A DNA stretch of 64,000 nucleotides from Hypanus sabinus (taxonomy: Eukaryota). The notes below the pieces were generated by a model, which ran no database searches, was not told the DNA's origin, and saw only the letters and a program-made list of their open reading frames with translations. Of the stretch, positions 35,749 to 48,329 are shown in pieces (position 1 is the first letter of the stretch; the number at the start of each line of letters is the position of its first letter). The stretch lies in the NCBI RefSeq assembly GCF_030144855.1, contig NW_026778903.1, positions 310,001 to 374,000 on the forward strand, in the 5' to 3' direction. The translations under genes and the position numbers were made by a program.

Positions 35749-38535
35749 TTTCTTTTTCAATCTTTTTATTATTGTTATTAATATCAACAAAATACAATTG
35801 ATACATAGATAATGGGATTACAAACATACACATTTCAACTGCACATGAAAGAATACATAAGCAATGATTACAGTATAAATGAGTATTCCCAAATCATGGA
35901 TGATACAATATATATATAAACAAGGCAATTCTAGGTATATCATAATATATAATAAAAAAACAGTAAAAAGAAAAAAAAATATGCAAAAAACTAATCTAAT
36001 AATCTAATAACGAAAAAAAAGCAAAAAAGGAAAAAGAGAAAAAGAAAAAACAAGGGCTGTTTATAATATCGCACAAGAATACAAAACCATCAGTGTCGTC
36101 AACTCCGATCCTCTCAACATAAATAAAATCAAAACTGGAAGATCAAATAGGCTTGAAACGGGTCATATTATATCATATGAAAATATTGAATAAATGGTCT
36201 CCATATCTTTTCAAATTTAATAGAAGTATCAAATACATCACTTCTAATTTTTTCTAAATTTAAACATAACATAGTTTGAGAAAACCAATGAAATACAATA
36301 GGAGGATTAATTTCCTTCCAATTCAACATCATAGATCTTCTAGCCATTAGAGTAAGAAACGCAATCATTCGGCAGGTGGAAGAAGATAAATGAAGTGAGT
36401 CCATCATTGGTAAACCAAAAATTGCGGTAATAGGATGGGGTTGTAAATCAATGTTCAATACCGCAGAGATAATATCAAAAATATCTTTCCAATATTTTTT
36501 CAAAAGCAGACACGACCAGAGCATATGTGTTAAAGACACTATTTCAGATTGACATCTATCACAAATAGGATTTATATAGGAATAAAAATGAGCCAAGTTA
36601 TCCTTGGACATATAGGCCCTATGTACAACCTTAAACTGTATTAATGAATGTTTGGCACATATAGATGATGTATTAACTAATTGAAGAATTCTATCCCAAT
36701 TCTCAATAGGAATAATAAGATTAAGCTCTCTTTCCCTATCATTTTTTGTCTTATAAAGGGGCTCAGAACGTATCTTCATAATTATATTATAAAGTTTTGA
36801 TATAAGCCCTTTTTGAAAAGGGTTTAATTCAAACAAACTCTCCAAAATACCTGAAGACACAAAATGTGGAAAAGTAGGAAGTACAGTATTTAAAAAAATG
36901 CCTAATCTGTAAATATCTAAAAAAATGAAATCTAGGCAAATTATATGTATTAGATAATTGCTCAAAAGACATAAAACAATTGTCCAAAAATAAATCAGAA
37001 AATCGTAGTAATCCCTTAGTCTTCCAAGTCGAATAAGCTTGGTCTATAATTGAAGGGTGGAAAAAACAATTGGATACAATAGGAATATTTAAAACAAACT
37101 GAGTCAACACAAAAATTTTCGAAATTGAAACCATATACGTAAAGTATGTTTAACTATCGGGTTGTCAATTCGCTTCGGCAATTTAGAAAGAGCAAAAGGG
37201 AGCGAAGTCCCCAAAATGGAACCCAGTGCAAAATCTGGTACCGATTTAATTTCCAGGCTCACCCAATGAGGGCTAAAAGATCCATCCCAATCTTTCAACC
37301 AACATATCAAATATCTAATATTAACTGCCCAATAATAAAATCTAAAATTAGGCAATGCTAACCCACCTTCCTTCTTTGCCTTCTGTAAATATATTTTACC
37401 TAACCTGGGATTTTTATTCTGCCATATATATGAGGAAATTTTTGAATCAACATTAGTAAAAAAAAAAGATTTCGGAATAAAAATTGGTACCGCTTGAAAA
37501 ATATATAAAAACTTAGGTAGGATTATTGCTATTAAGATGGTTATTTTACCTATCAGAGATAAAGATAATGGTGACCACTTAGTAAACAAGCATTTAATCT
37601 GATCAATTAAGGGTACAAAATTAACTTTAAATAAGTCTTTATGGTTTTTTGTGATTTTAATCCCTAAGTAAATAAAAGAGTCATTAACTAATTTAAAAGG
37701 TAAGTTTCCATAAATTGGGACCTGTCTATTTAAAGGAAACAATTCACTCTTATTAAGATTTAATTTATCTCCAGAAAAATCACTAAATTGAGCCAACAAT
37801 GATAAAACTACTGGAATAGATTTCTCAGGATTAGAAATAAATAATAATAAATCATCTGCATACAAAGATAACATGAGTATCTGTCCCACGATTAATACCA
37901 AGAATATCCTGTGATTCTCTGATAGCAATTGCCAAAGGTTCTAAAGCAATATCAAATAATAGTGGGCTAAGAGGACAGCCTTGTCTAGTGCCCCGAAATA
38001 AACGAAAAAAGGGAGATCTTTGATTATTAGTAAACACCAGTATGATAAATCAGTTTAATCCAGGAAATCCAGGACTAAAATTAAACTTCTCCAATATATT
38101 AAATAAGTAAGGCCATTCAACTCTGTCAAATGCTTTCTCCGCATCTAATGAAATAACACATTCTGAAATATTATGTGAAGGAGTATACACAATATTCAAT
38201 AACCTCCTAACATTAAAAAAAATTAACGATTTTTAATAAAACCGGTTTGATCTTCCGAGATAATTTGGGGTAATACCTTCTCCAACCTGGATGCAAGTAA
38301 CTTGGAAAAATCTTGGAATCTACATTCAATAAGGATGCGCAATCAGTAGGGTCTTTATCTTTCTTCAATATTAAAGAGATGGAAGCTCTATAAAAAGATT
38401 GTGGCAGATTGCCAAATCTAATTGCTTCTTCAAAAACAAGAGAGAGTAGCGGAAAAACATTTTTTAAATTCTGCTGTATGCCCATCCGGACCAGGTGCTT
38501 TCCCTGAATTCATGGAGGAAATAACCCCTTTGATT
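35749..38535 (-). mobile_element. 5'-truncated L1 (second family), frameshifted ORF2
   Basis: GKAPGPDG, GTRQGCPLSPLLF, LYADDLLL and CDRC..H..WSC motifs; 12-bp TSD TCTGCCCCCATC / TCTGCCGCCATC. Confidence 0.9.
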
Positions 38536-38789
38536 TCTGCCGCCATCAACCACCGTATTTTAATCATTCCCCAATTACCTCCAAGTTTAATACCGCTCTG
38601 ATCCTATCAGAATACGACCACCCATAAACCTTTGTCGCAACCTTCACTACTTTCCCCACCACCGCCTGTGCCCTTTTAAACTGAACACGGCGCGGAGCTC
38701 GCCGATTGTACTTCTTAAGGAACGAACCAGTCGCTGTCAATCACAGGTGTATAGCCAATCAGATGGGTGTATCAGACAGACCCCAGTGC

Positions 38790-39870
38790 ATTGATTGACG
38801 GAGGTGTTTGTGCCGGCAGGGTCTGCATTGAATGATGTGGAGAGGTCTGGAGAAAGGTGAGAAGTCGTCTTTCATTGTTCATCCCGAGCAGTTGCATGAC
38901 AGAGGACTCTCCCATCGCCGGGCTGTTCGCAGGGACACACAAGGAGACGGACATCAAGCGCAGCTGGCAGATCATCAACTCGGTGAAAGGCGCCATTTGG
39001 TCCGCCCGGACCCCACTGTTCATCGAGATGTCCGTGGATGGGAGCTGCCGTCTGGCGACAAGAGACCGTGCTGAGGGAGGGTCTGAAGCTTGGCTCGGGC
39101 ACCGCAGGGCTCGCTGAGGAAGGGGCCCAGTGCAGTGTTCCTTCACTACTGGAGAGGGAGGGGCCGGGTTGGGTGAAGAAGCCCCTCAATTGTTGTAGTA
39201 GTGTACGTGAGTGACAACGATCCTATTGGTGTTAAGGAATGGAATCGAACACTAATGAAAGCTTTGACTAAGAATTTAAGAATGAAAGGCCGCTTGTTCT
39301 TGTGTTTTTTTAAAATTATGAATAAAGATATTCTTCAACTATAAAAACGTTGACAAACCTTTGGAAATCCTTCTAAGCCAACACATCTCACCACAAATCC
39401 ATCGGGCAGTGGTCTGCGCGGAACTATCTGCAGACACTGCGGGACAGCGGCCGTGGGGTGAATCGCTGAGCAAACGGCAGAATGCCTCATCGCCAGATCG
39501 CAGTAACAAGCACAGAGTCATGCTGGGCTGGCGGTGAAAGTGTCCCTCCCGGTAAGAATCTTCCTCCATCATGACCACCACACGTTACCTTCGGGACGGC
39601 TGTGATCGAGAACAGACGGTCAGCGCCTCTTCGCAGACCGTGGATTCGCTCGGAGGGTGTGGAGACAGAAGCAAAGGTCTGAGTACCGGTTCATCCCCAT
39701 CAACTGTGAAACGAAGGATTCTCTGCGAAACAGACTATTTCCTGATCACACACAGACAGGCATCAAGTATTGCTGGAAGATGATCAGCTCGATGAAGGAC
39801 GTCCTTTGGTCTGTCGGGAATCTGTTGGTCTCTCCTGACGGTGAGATGTCGTTGGGAGAAAGTTGGTGAT
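38790..39870 (+). mobile_element. Two Tx1-like LINE 3' fragments
   Basis: WQIINSVKGAIWSAR and CWKMISSMKDVLWS motifs; AATAAA at ~39322. Confidence 0.7.
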
Positions 39871-39899
39871 TGGCACAGTCCAGGCCGCAGGAGGACGGA

Positions 39900-40096
39900 C
39901 TAAGGAAGTGTCCCGGGTCCGCCAGCAGTGCTCCGCCACTGTCTCCGTCCTTTCAGAGTCCGCACATTACGGAACTGAACTGGGTGCGCTGGTTCGCTCT
40001 TGCTCTTTGGGAGCCGATACGCGGTGGTCAGGAATAGCAGTGCGAGCGCCTTCAGGCTGAGCAGGATGTAAAGAGGCAGTGGCTCCCGGGGAGAAC
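39900..40096 (-). CDS. VJ-type receptor, TM/cytoplasmic exon with intramembrane Lys
   Basis: actctcag|GT TCT.., phase 1; GSPREPLPLYILLSLKALALLFLTTAYRLPKSK..GTLP*. Confidence 0.8.
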
Positions 40097-40165
40097 CTGA
40101 GAGTAAATCGGAGTTCAGAGTGAGACGGTTCACCGAGGCGAGCTAGGGATGGGATGTATTCCGAG

Positions 40166-40862
40166 TGTAAAGGGCGGGTTTCTTCTTTTTTTTGTTACTG
40201 TTGGGAAAGGGTTTCTTTGTTTTGTTTACAGGAATGTTTATTTGTTGCGAGAGAGTGCTGGAAGCTTGTTTGTTAAAATTTACTGATAACAAGAATGGTA
40301 TTCCTTTGTAAACCAAATGGGGATTAATGTTCATTCCTCTGAGTCTGTAAACTATTGTTGACGGGCTTTTGGGCAGATCGGCGCGAGGGAGTCGAGAGAG
40401 AGGACGCAATGATGTAAGCTGGGCGAGGATCGGACCCCAAGCGGGGGTCCGAGGCCAGGAGGTCTCCGAGGAGGGGGGATGAAGCTAGATGTGCTTGGTT
40501 GACCACTCGGAGGGTCCTGAGCTGCGAGTCGAGGAGTTCGGAGGGGATCGAATGGTGGCCAGAAGACTTCAGTAATTGAGCTCCAACGGCTGTGCACGAA
40601 GTGGTTTGGACTTTGATAAGTTTGGCGCCTTTTCTTTATTTTTTTCATATATACTGTATCGTTATTAATCACTTAGTTATAGTAACCTTTATAAATTGTA
40701 CTCATTTAATCGCATATGGTGTGCTGTCTGTTTTTGGGCGAGGCGGGGACATCACACAGCATCCACACCAGCTGATTACCCAGTTTGGCGGGGCCGAAGG
40801 CTGCTCCCCCTAGGCCTAGACGAAACGAGCTGAGCGAGCCTGAGGCGACCCAGGGGGTTACA
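40166..40862. mobile_element. Solo LTR (inverted relative to 23186-23883)
   Basis: TGTAA..TTACA termini; 4-bp TSD CGAG. Confidence 0.9.
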
Positions 40863-41047
40863 CGAGGGTTCAGGGGTTTATGTATAGAATCACATTGCTG
40901 GGAGTGGACCACAGGCTGGGATCTAATCCGAGCGTTCAGCGGGATAATATATATGAAATAACAGAACTGGACATGCGGTCCAATCCCAGGAGGAATCAGG
41001 GAAGCGGCGGTGGAAAGTGAACCAGGGGAGAGATACCGGAGACTCAC

Positions 41048-41407
41048 CTCGTACCAGGAGCACGGTCCCGTTCCCTCGGAGCAGCAGCTGCCGGTCGGGA
41101 AGGTGAACGGACGCCAGGCAGCGGTAGGTGTTGGAGTGGCTCGGGCGGAGGTGCCGGAGTTGGAGGGAGAGTCCCGCGCCGATCTCACTCTCAGGTAGGG
41201 CGGCTTCCTGCTGGGATTCCTTGGGGGGCGGGTAGACGACACGTTCCTCTTCCCCCTCCCCCGTCCCGCCGATCACCCAGTAGGGGTAGATTATCACCCG
41301 GGGTTCCGTCAGCCCCAGAACTTCGCAGTGCAGCGTCACGTTGGAGCCACTCGGGACCTCCAACCTCTGAGGCAACTGGGACACGTGGAGGGTGGCCAGG
41401 GAGCTGT
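41048..41407 (-). CDS. VJ-type Ig V exon (V1), CD28H/NKp30-like
   Basis: gtgacag|360 nt|gtgagt, phase 1-1; VSQLP..VTLHC..YW..LSLQL..TYRC..GNGTVLLVR. Confidence 0.9.
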
Positions 41408-42708
41408 CTGTCACATAGTGAGGGAGGGAGAATGGTGAGGCAGCGTCTGTAACACATAGAGGGAAGGAGAGAGAGAGGTGCATGAGTGAGTTTCTGTAAT
41501 ACATTGAGGGATGGAGAGTGACGAGTAATCGTCTAACACATGTAGAGAGGGAGTCGTGAGGGAGGGTCTGTAATACAAGGAGGGAGGGAGCATAATGAGG
41601 GAGCATCTGCAACACATGCAAATAGGTAGAGAGATTAGATAGGGAGCGTCTGTAACACTTTGAGGAAGGGAGAAAATAGTGAAGGACAGAGCAGGGCAGA
41701 GATTAAATGTGGAGTGTTATCAAACTGTAAGGAACGAGTTAAACAATATTCGTTCTTAGTATGTGCTAAAATAAAAAAGGAAGTCTGCCAGACAAGATGG
41801 TGTTAATCCGGAGCGGAACGGATCTGAGAAAGTGGAAGGAGTACAAGTCTCCAGCCTGGAGAGTAGATCATGATTAATACAAGTTTGTGTCGGGAAGGCG
41901 AGGCCTTTGTCCAGGTATCAAATTGTGACCCATCAGAGAGAGTTCTAGCGTGAGAGTTGTGTTAGAGTTTTAAAGGATATCGAATGGAGGTAGTACGGGT
42001 AAATCTTTGTGTCAGTCGGGAGAATTTTCTATCAGACCACGTTACAACCAGTGATAATGATAAGAATTGGGGGAGATAGAGAAAAGTACGTCCAGTGAGA
42101 GAGAGATGAAAGTTTGTGGGATCTGTGATTCCTTCCGGTATCTGCATATCAGCTCGTTCAGTGGATGGGAAGTGTTTGTTTCTCGCGACATCATTAACAC
42201 TTCGTTTTTCTTCTTGCATTACATGGTTATATAATTATAATAAAACAATTTATTTTAGTTTAACGTGTGTACAGTTGTCCCCTTTGTTTGTCAATACAGA
42301 CCCGAATGCATATTGCTGAATCAGTAAAGAACACGGAACGAACTTTCAAACAATTATCGTCAGGCAAACACAGCCCAAAATGGGGCAAACTCTGCCAAAC
42401 CCTCCCACTTCTCCCCATGTCCTTCCTCCCATTCAACCCGTGTCCATGACATTTCCCTTCCCTGCCCTCCACAGGCGTCCCCTCCTCCCTCTCTCCCACC
42501 GCGATTCTCCAGCTCCCTCATCCCCTCAGACTTGCACAATTCATCGAAAGATACACAGATGTACTGCCCATGATCCGGTTAGAGACTGGGATCTAACCCA
42601 GCAAGTCAGGAAAATTATATATATTAAAGCGGAACAGGATATTGTATTGGATCCCAGTAGGCAATCGGGAATCCGCGGGGATTAAGGGCAGTGGGACCGG
42701 AGACTCAC

Positions 42709-43068
42709 CTCGTACCAGGAGCACGGTCCCGTTCCCTCGGAGCAGCAGCTGCCGGTCGGGAAGGTGAACGGACGCCAGACAGCGGTAGGTGTTGGAGTGG
42801 CTCGGGCGGAGGTGCCGGAGTTGGAGGGAGAGTCCCGCGCCGATCTCACTCTCAGGTAGGGCGGCTTCCTGCTGGGATTCCTTGGGGGGCGGGTAGACGA
42901 CACGTTCCTCTTCCCCCTCCCCCGTCCCGCCGATCACCCAGTAGGGGTAGATTATCACCCGGGGTTCCGTCAGCCCCAGAACTTCGCAGTGCAGCGTCAC
43001 GTTGGAGCCACTCGGGACCTCCAACCTCTGAGGCCACTGGGACACGTGGAGGGTGGCGAGGGAGCTGT
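42709..43068 (-). CDS. VJ-type Ig V exon (V2)
   Basis: gttacag|360 nt|gtgagt; 3 nt differences from V1 (one L/W replacement). Confidence 0.9.
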
Positions 43069-43901
43069 CTGTAACACAGTGAGGGAGGGAGAATGGTGAG
43101 GCAGCGTCTGTATCTCAGAGAGGGAGGGAGTGTAGTGAGGTAGCGTCGTAACACATGGAGTGTGGGAGAGGGTAGTGAAGGACTGTCTGTTCACAGGGGA
43201 GAGGATAGGAGTGCAGAGAGTAAACGTGGAGTGATAACTGTAAGGAAAGAGTTAAACATTATTCGTTCTTGGTATGTGCTGAAATAAAAAGGAAGTCTGT
43301 CAGACAACATGGTGTTAACCCGGAGTGGAACTGATTTGAGAAGGTTGAATGAGTACCAGTCTCCAGCCTGGAGAGTAGATCATGCTGAATTCAAATTTGT
43401 GTCGGGAAGGCGAGGCCTTTGTCCAGGCACCAAATAGCGTTCTGGTGTAAGAGTTATGTTAAGAGTAAGAGTTTTAAAGGGATATTGAAGAATATTAATA
43501 CGGGTAAATCTTTTTGTAAATGGGGAGATTTTTCCATCAGACCACGTTATGACCAGTGATAACGGTAAGAGTTGGGGAAGATAGCGGTGAGGGAGCGTCT
43601 GTAACCGGTGAGGGAGCGGAGCGGGGCAGAGAGTGACCCGGATGCATTGTCCAGAACAGCTCGAAGTCAGGCAACCTCTGCCCAATATCAACCAGTTCCT
43701 CTGCCGACGACCCCTGACCTTTCCCGAATCCATGACATTCCTCTGTCAACAACACGCGCCCCTTCTCCTTCACCCCTACATTGACATCCTAACTCATTCA
43801 CCCGAAAACGACGGAATTTCTTCCCAACACTCCGCCCCTTCATGCGTACTATCACTCAATGGGGAACGGGGCCCCACAGACACAGACTCTTTCTGTCATT
43901 T

Positions 43902-44047
43902 NNNNNNNNNNNNNNNNNNNNNNNNNNNNNNNNNNNNNNNNNNNNNNNNNNNNNNNNNNNNNNNNNNNNNNNNNNNNNNNNNNNNNNNNNNNNNNNNNNN
44001 NNNNNNNNNNNNNNNNNNNNNNNNNNNNNNNNNNNNNNNNNNNNNNN
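43902..44047. other. Assembly gap (146 N)
   Basis: Run of N. Confidence 1.
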
Positions 44048-44056
44048 AGTTCTTAC

Positions 44057-44099
44057 CCAGTAGCAGGAGCAAGATCAGTTTCCGAAGCTGCGCCCTCAT
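44057..44099 (-). CDS. VJ-type receptor leader exon
   Basis: ATG..MRAQLRKLILLLLL G|gtaaga; 43 nt, phase 1 fits V exons. Confidence 0.8.
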
Positions 44100-44479
44100 C
44101 GCCCAGTTAAAGTATTTTCAATGAATACAGCTCTGAGGGCGCAAAAAGAAACTTAGCACAGTCTTGCCGGGCCGAAGGGACGCAATACCTTGCTGTAGTG
44201 AAATGCTCTGAATGGACGTGCAGAACAAAGTTTTTCACTGTGACAATAATAAACCAAGTTACCAGTTACATGTTTCAATTACAATATGCACACGTTGTCT
44301 CATTTAGGGAGCCGCGAACACAGCCCAAAGACTGACAAACTCTGCCCAGTACCCGTCCCCAACTCTCCCCGTGACCCCCCACCCAAACCTTCCATCCATA
44401 GCCATGACATTACACTCACCCCTATACACGCCCGCTCCATTTACCACACAGTCCTCCCAGCTCCCTCTTCCGAGTCAAG

Positions 44480-44880
44480 GCAGTAAATAGGAAACCGATA
44501 TCGCTGACATTGACGTTCAGTGTGCGTCTTCACGCTTCTGTACCTTCTTCATCGTGGCGGCAATGAGAACTAGGCTTCAGCTTAATGTAGAGGGAGTAGA
44601 GCAGTGGGTTAAGCACACATCCCAGAGGGGCGCCGGTGTTGTCAGCGAAGTGGAGATGTTATTTCCGATCCACACAGACTGTGGTCTCCAGCTTGGTAAG
44701 TCGAGGATCCAGTTGCAGAGGGAGGTACAAAGGCCCCGGTTCTGGAGCTTTTTGCTCAGAACTGAGGAAAGATTGTATTCAATGCTGAGCTGTGGTCAAT
44801 AAACAGCAACCTGTCATGGCTATTTTTATTGTCCACGTGATCTGAGGCCGTGTGAAGAGTCTTTGAGATCGCATCCTCCG
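44480..44880 (-). mobile_element. L2/Rex-type LINE fragment
   Basis: Similar to 30860-31590 and 60500-60800. Confidence 0.6.
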
Positions 44881-45244
44881 TAGACCTTCCTTAACCTGTC
44901 CCTTTCCAATCTATGTTTCTCTACTCTCTCTCTCTTTCTCTCATTATTCTGCCCCCTGTTCTTCTGTTTCGTTTCCCATCCCGGGCTTTCTCCCTCCTAA
45001 TACCCCAAGATATTTTTCCAGCCCACACTCCCTCCTTATGTCTCTCCCTCTCTATTCCTCACCCCATTCCCCCTCCTCTGCACTTGTCTCCTCCTCACAC
45101 TGCCCCTCTCTCTCTGCTCCCTCGATTTCCCTGAAACCCCACTCACTGCTCACATCCCCCACCTCCGCCTGGTATCATGTCCACCACATCCTGTTCACCT
45201 CTTGTTCCGCTCTCCCCTGTTTCGCTGTAACTAATTCACTGACC

Positions 45245-45540
45245 TCACTGGCAGGCCAGTTCCGTTCCGCAGTAACTGTGTGTGGTACGGACTCTGACAA
45301 CACTCCCACCCGATTTGCTTCACCGCTACCGGGGTCTCACCGGCGCTTATTGATCCCGGGCAACGGCAGGTGGCTGGCCAATTATACAAACGGGAACTGG
45401 ATCCTCTTTCTGGACCAGTTACCTGACTGGTCGTGCGATCCCTCACTTGCCCTAACTCCTCACCGCCCCTCCCGCAGTGGTTCATCAGCCGAGGACTTCA
45501 AACTGATTTCCACCGAGTATCGCCATCTTTGTGCTTCAGA
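45245..45540 (-). pseudogene. Possible decayed V exon relic
   Basis: Ends QLLRNGTGLPVR (cf. QLLLRGNGTVLLVR); shares CAGTTCCGTTCC with the 27 kb relic; all frames closed. Confidence 0.35.
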
Positions 45541-45786
45541 TGAGGGAGACAAGAAACAGAGAGAGCGGAAGAACAAGAGCGAGAGTTATGAGGAGAAAGA
45601 GGGAGGGAGATGGGGACATGGAGATGTGGGGAGACAGAAAGAAGTGGTTAGGGTTAATGGAGACAGAGAGACAAGCGCATACTCATAGAGCTCCAGGCCG
45701 CCATCACCTCCTCACCTGCCCCCTTCTCATAGGCTGGCCACTGAGTTCAGTCACCGCCTCCGACCTGTTCCTCCCTTCCCCTCCAG

Positions 45787-45990
45787 GCGCGCTCTCCTCT
45801 TCGTTTGGGAGCAGCCGATCCCATTGTAACTGCTTCCCCGTTGGGGTCGAGCGCTGGCGCTCCGGACGCCCGACACGAGAGGAGCAGCGGCAGCGAAAGT
45901 CAGTTCTCTATCACGTCTGACTTCCAGTCCGGGGGCCGGGCTGAATCTGACCATCCGGAATCTCACTTCCATCGGAAGTGGGGGGCGGGA
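45787..45990 (+). pseudogene. Decayed V exon relic
   Basis: cctccag| then VWEQPIPL*..GAGLNLTIRNLTS (cf. GAGLSLQLRHLRPS). Confidence 0.45.
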
Positions 45991-46579
45991 GGAATGGCCG
46001 CCCTGAGGCGGACCGAGGGAGCAGCCTTGAAGAGGCAAAGTCACGGAATGAGCGGCAAGCAGTGAGAAAGGGACGGGGCACAACGGACACGGCTTCCCTT
46101 TCATCTACCCTCTTCCCCCAATTCCTCATCGCTCCAAAGCCTTCCTTCACCCCTCCCGACTTCTTCCACCCTCCCCATTCTACCCCACCCACACAGACAA
46201 TGGTGCGAGAAACACAAAACATCCAGTAAATGGCGGTTCTGTTGGAGAAATCGCCTTGTTAATGAGAGGGCAGACTGGTTCATGCTGACGGGATGGGGAC
46301 AGTAACTCAGATCATCACGCGATACAACAGTGTGTGCTAAATGCCCAGCACATCGAAACTTGCAGCGGGTGATGCAGGTCACGAGCAGACAGTCAGCGGC
46401 CACTTTATTAGGTACAGGGGGTTCCTGATAAAGTGGCCGCTCATCGTCAGCGGTAATGGTGATATGGTTCAAACTACTGGAATGACCAAATGACACGAAA
46501 TTTGTTTAATATACATTTTATTGTGAATAAGGTTTATTTTTGAAATTAAAATCGTTCCACACACAGCTGGAGAATTGGT

Positions 46580-47340
46580 GGTTGAAACAAGGCCAAGTAT
46601 CAAGTAGACAACGCTGAGCCTTTATAAGACGCTAGTCAGGCCGCACTTGCTGTATTGTCGACAGTTTCAGGTCCCTGATCTCAGAAGGGATGAGTTGTCA
46701 TGGGCGAGATTCCAGAGGAGGTTCACAAGGATTATTCCATGATTGAAGGGGTTAACATATGAGGAGCGTTTGTCATCTTTGGGCCTGTGCTCAGTGGAAT
46801 TTAGAAGAATGCGGGGGATCTGATTGAAACCTATCGAATGTTGAAAGGACTAGATTGGGTGGATGTGGAGAGGATGTTTCCTGTGGTGGGGGTATCCAGA
46901 ACTAGAGGGCACAGCCTCAAAATTGAAGGGTGACCCTTTAGAACAGAGGATATTTTCGCCAGAGTAGTAAATCTGCGGAATGCTTTGCCACAGATTGCGG
47001 TGGAAACCAAGTCTGTGTATTTAAGGTGGAAGTTGATCAGTTCATTATCGGTTAGGGCATCGAAGGATATGGCAAGAGGGGAAAAAGTTTAGGGGTAGCA
47101 CGAGGAGGAACTTCATGCTTGGGGAGTGGTGGCTGTGTGGAATGGGTTTCAGGTAGAAATGGTAGAGGCAGGTTCGATTTTGTCATTAAAAAAATTGAAT
47201 AGGTATTTGATCAGAAAAGAAATGGAGGGTTATGGGCTGAGTGCAGGTACGTGGGACTAGGTGAGAGTAAGCATTCAGCACGGACTAGAAGGGCCGAGAT
47301 GGCCTGTTTCCGTGCTATAATTGTTATATGTTTATATGGT
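46580..47340 (+). mobile_element. CR1 3' fragments
   Basis: LYKTLVRPHL.YCRQF; RTRGHSLKI. Confidence 0.75.
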
Positions 47341-47449
47341 TATACATCAAAGCGTGAACTGTGAAGTGCTTTCGACAGAGACATCTAGCGAATGGGAGTG
47401 TTTTCTTTGGAGTGAAGAGGGGTGGAGGGTGTACCTCGTAGTGTTTTTT

Positions 47450-47989
47450 TAAATAATGAGGAAAGGTTTAAAGTTGGATGATGCAACAAGACAATGATCC
47501 AAAACACAGGAAATAAATGGTTTAAAAAGAAGAAAATTTGTGTTTTGGAAGGGCCAAGTCAGAATCCAGACCTTAAAAATATTGGGGTGCTGTGGCATAA
47601 CCTGAAGAGGGTTGTTGACACAAGGCATCCCAGAAATATTGATGAACTGAAACAGTTTTGTATGGAGCAATGGTCTAAAATTCCTGTGCATCATTGTGCA
47701 GGTCTGATCAGCAGCTACAGGAAACATCTGGTGGAGGTTATTGCTGCTGAAGCAGGTTCTCCCAGTTATTAAATACAAGGGTTCATACATTTCCCAGCCT
47801 GGACTGTGAATGATTTTAAAATGTGTTCAATAAAGACATGACAAGTACAATTGTTTGTGTGTTAATAGTTGAGGCAGATTGTGTTTGTCTATTATTGTGA
47901 CCCAGATGAAGATCAGACCACATTTTATGAGTAATTAATGCAGAAAACCAGGGAATTGGAAAGGGCTCACAAACTTTTCTTGCAACTGT
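47450..47989 (+). mobile_element. Tc1/mariner transposase C-terminal fragment with right end
   Basis: QQDNDPKH..PSQNPDLKNIGVLWHNLK; ends ..GCAACTG TA. Confidence 0.85.
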
Positions 47990-48329
47990 ATGCATGTTGG
48001 AAAGCATTCTGACTGGTTGTATCACGCCCTGGTATGGACACGCCAGTGCACAGGAACACAAGAGGCTGCAGAGCGCGGTGGGTTCATCACAGGTACAAGT
48101 CTTCCACCAGCGGACATCCTCAGAAGGAATTGCCAAAGGAAGGCAATATCTATCATCAGGCCGTGCCCCTTTCTCGATGCTGCTGTCAGGAAGGAGGTGC
48201 ACAAGCCTGAAGACCCATTCTCAACGTTCCAGCTTCTTCCCCTTTGGGCACGGAACGGCACAGCACAGAAACAGAATACTGTGCCAAATAGTTTTTGATA
48301 TTCAATATTCACCTCAACATTACTCAATA

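Noticed and set aside
41222-41236. YPPP in the V domain as the CD28/CTLA4 MYPPPY motif
   Set aside because: It lies in the C'-region rather than the FG loop, where the sequence is ASVHLPDRQLLLR
43075-43081. CACAGTG RSS-like heptamer next to V2
   Set aside because: No nonamer at 12 or 23 bp, absent at V1 (CACATAGTG), and the V is already joined to a J-like strand
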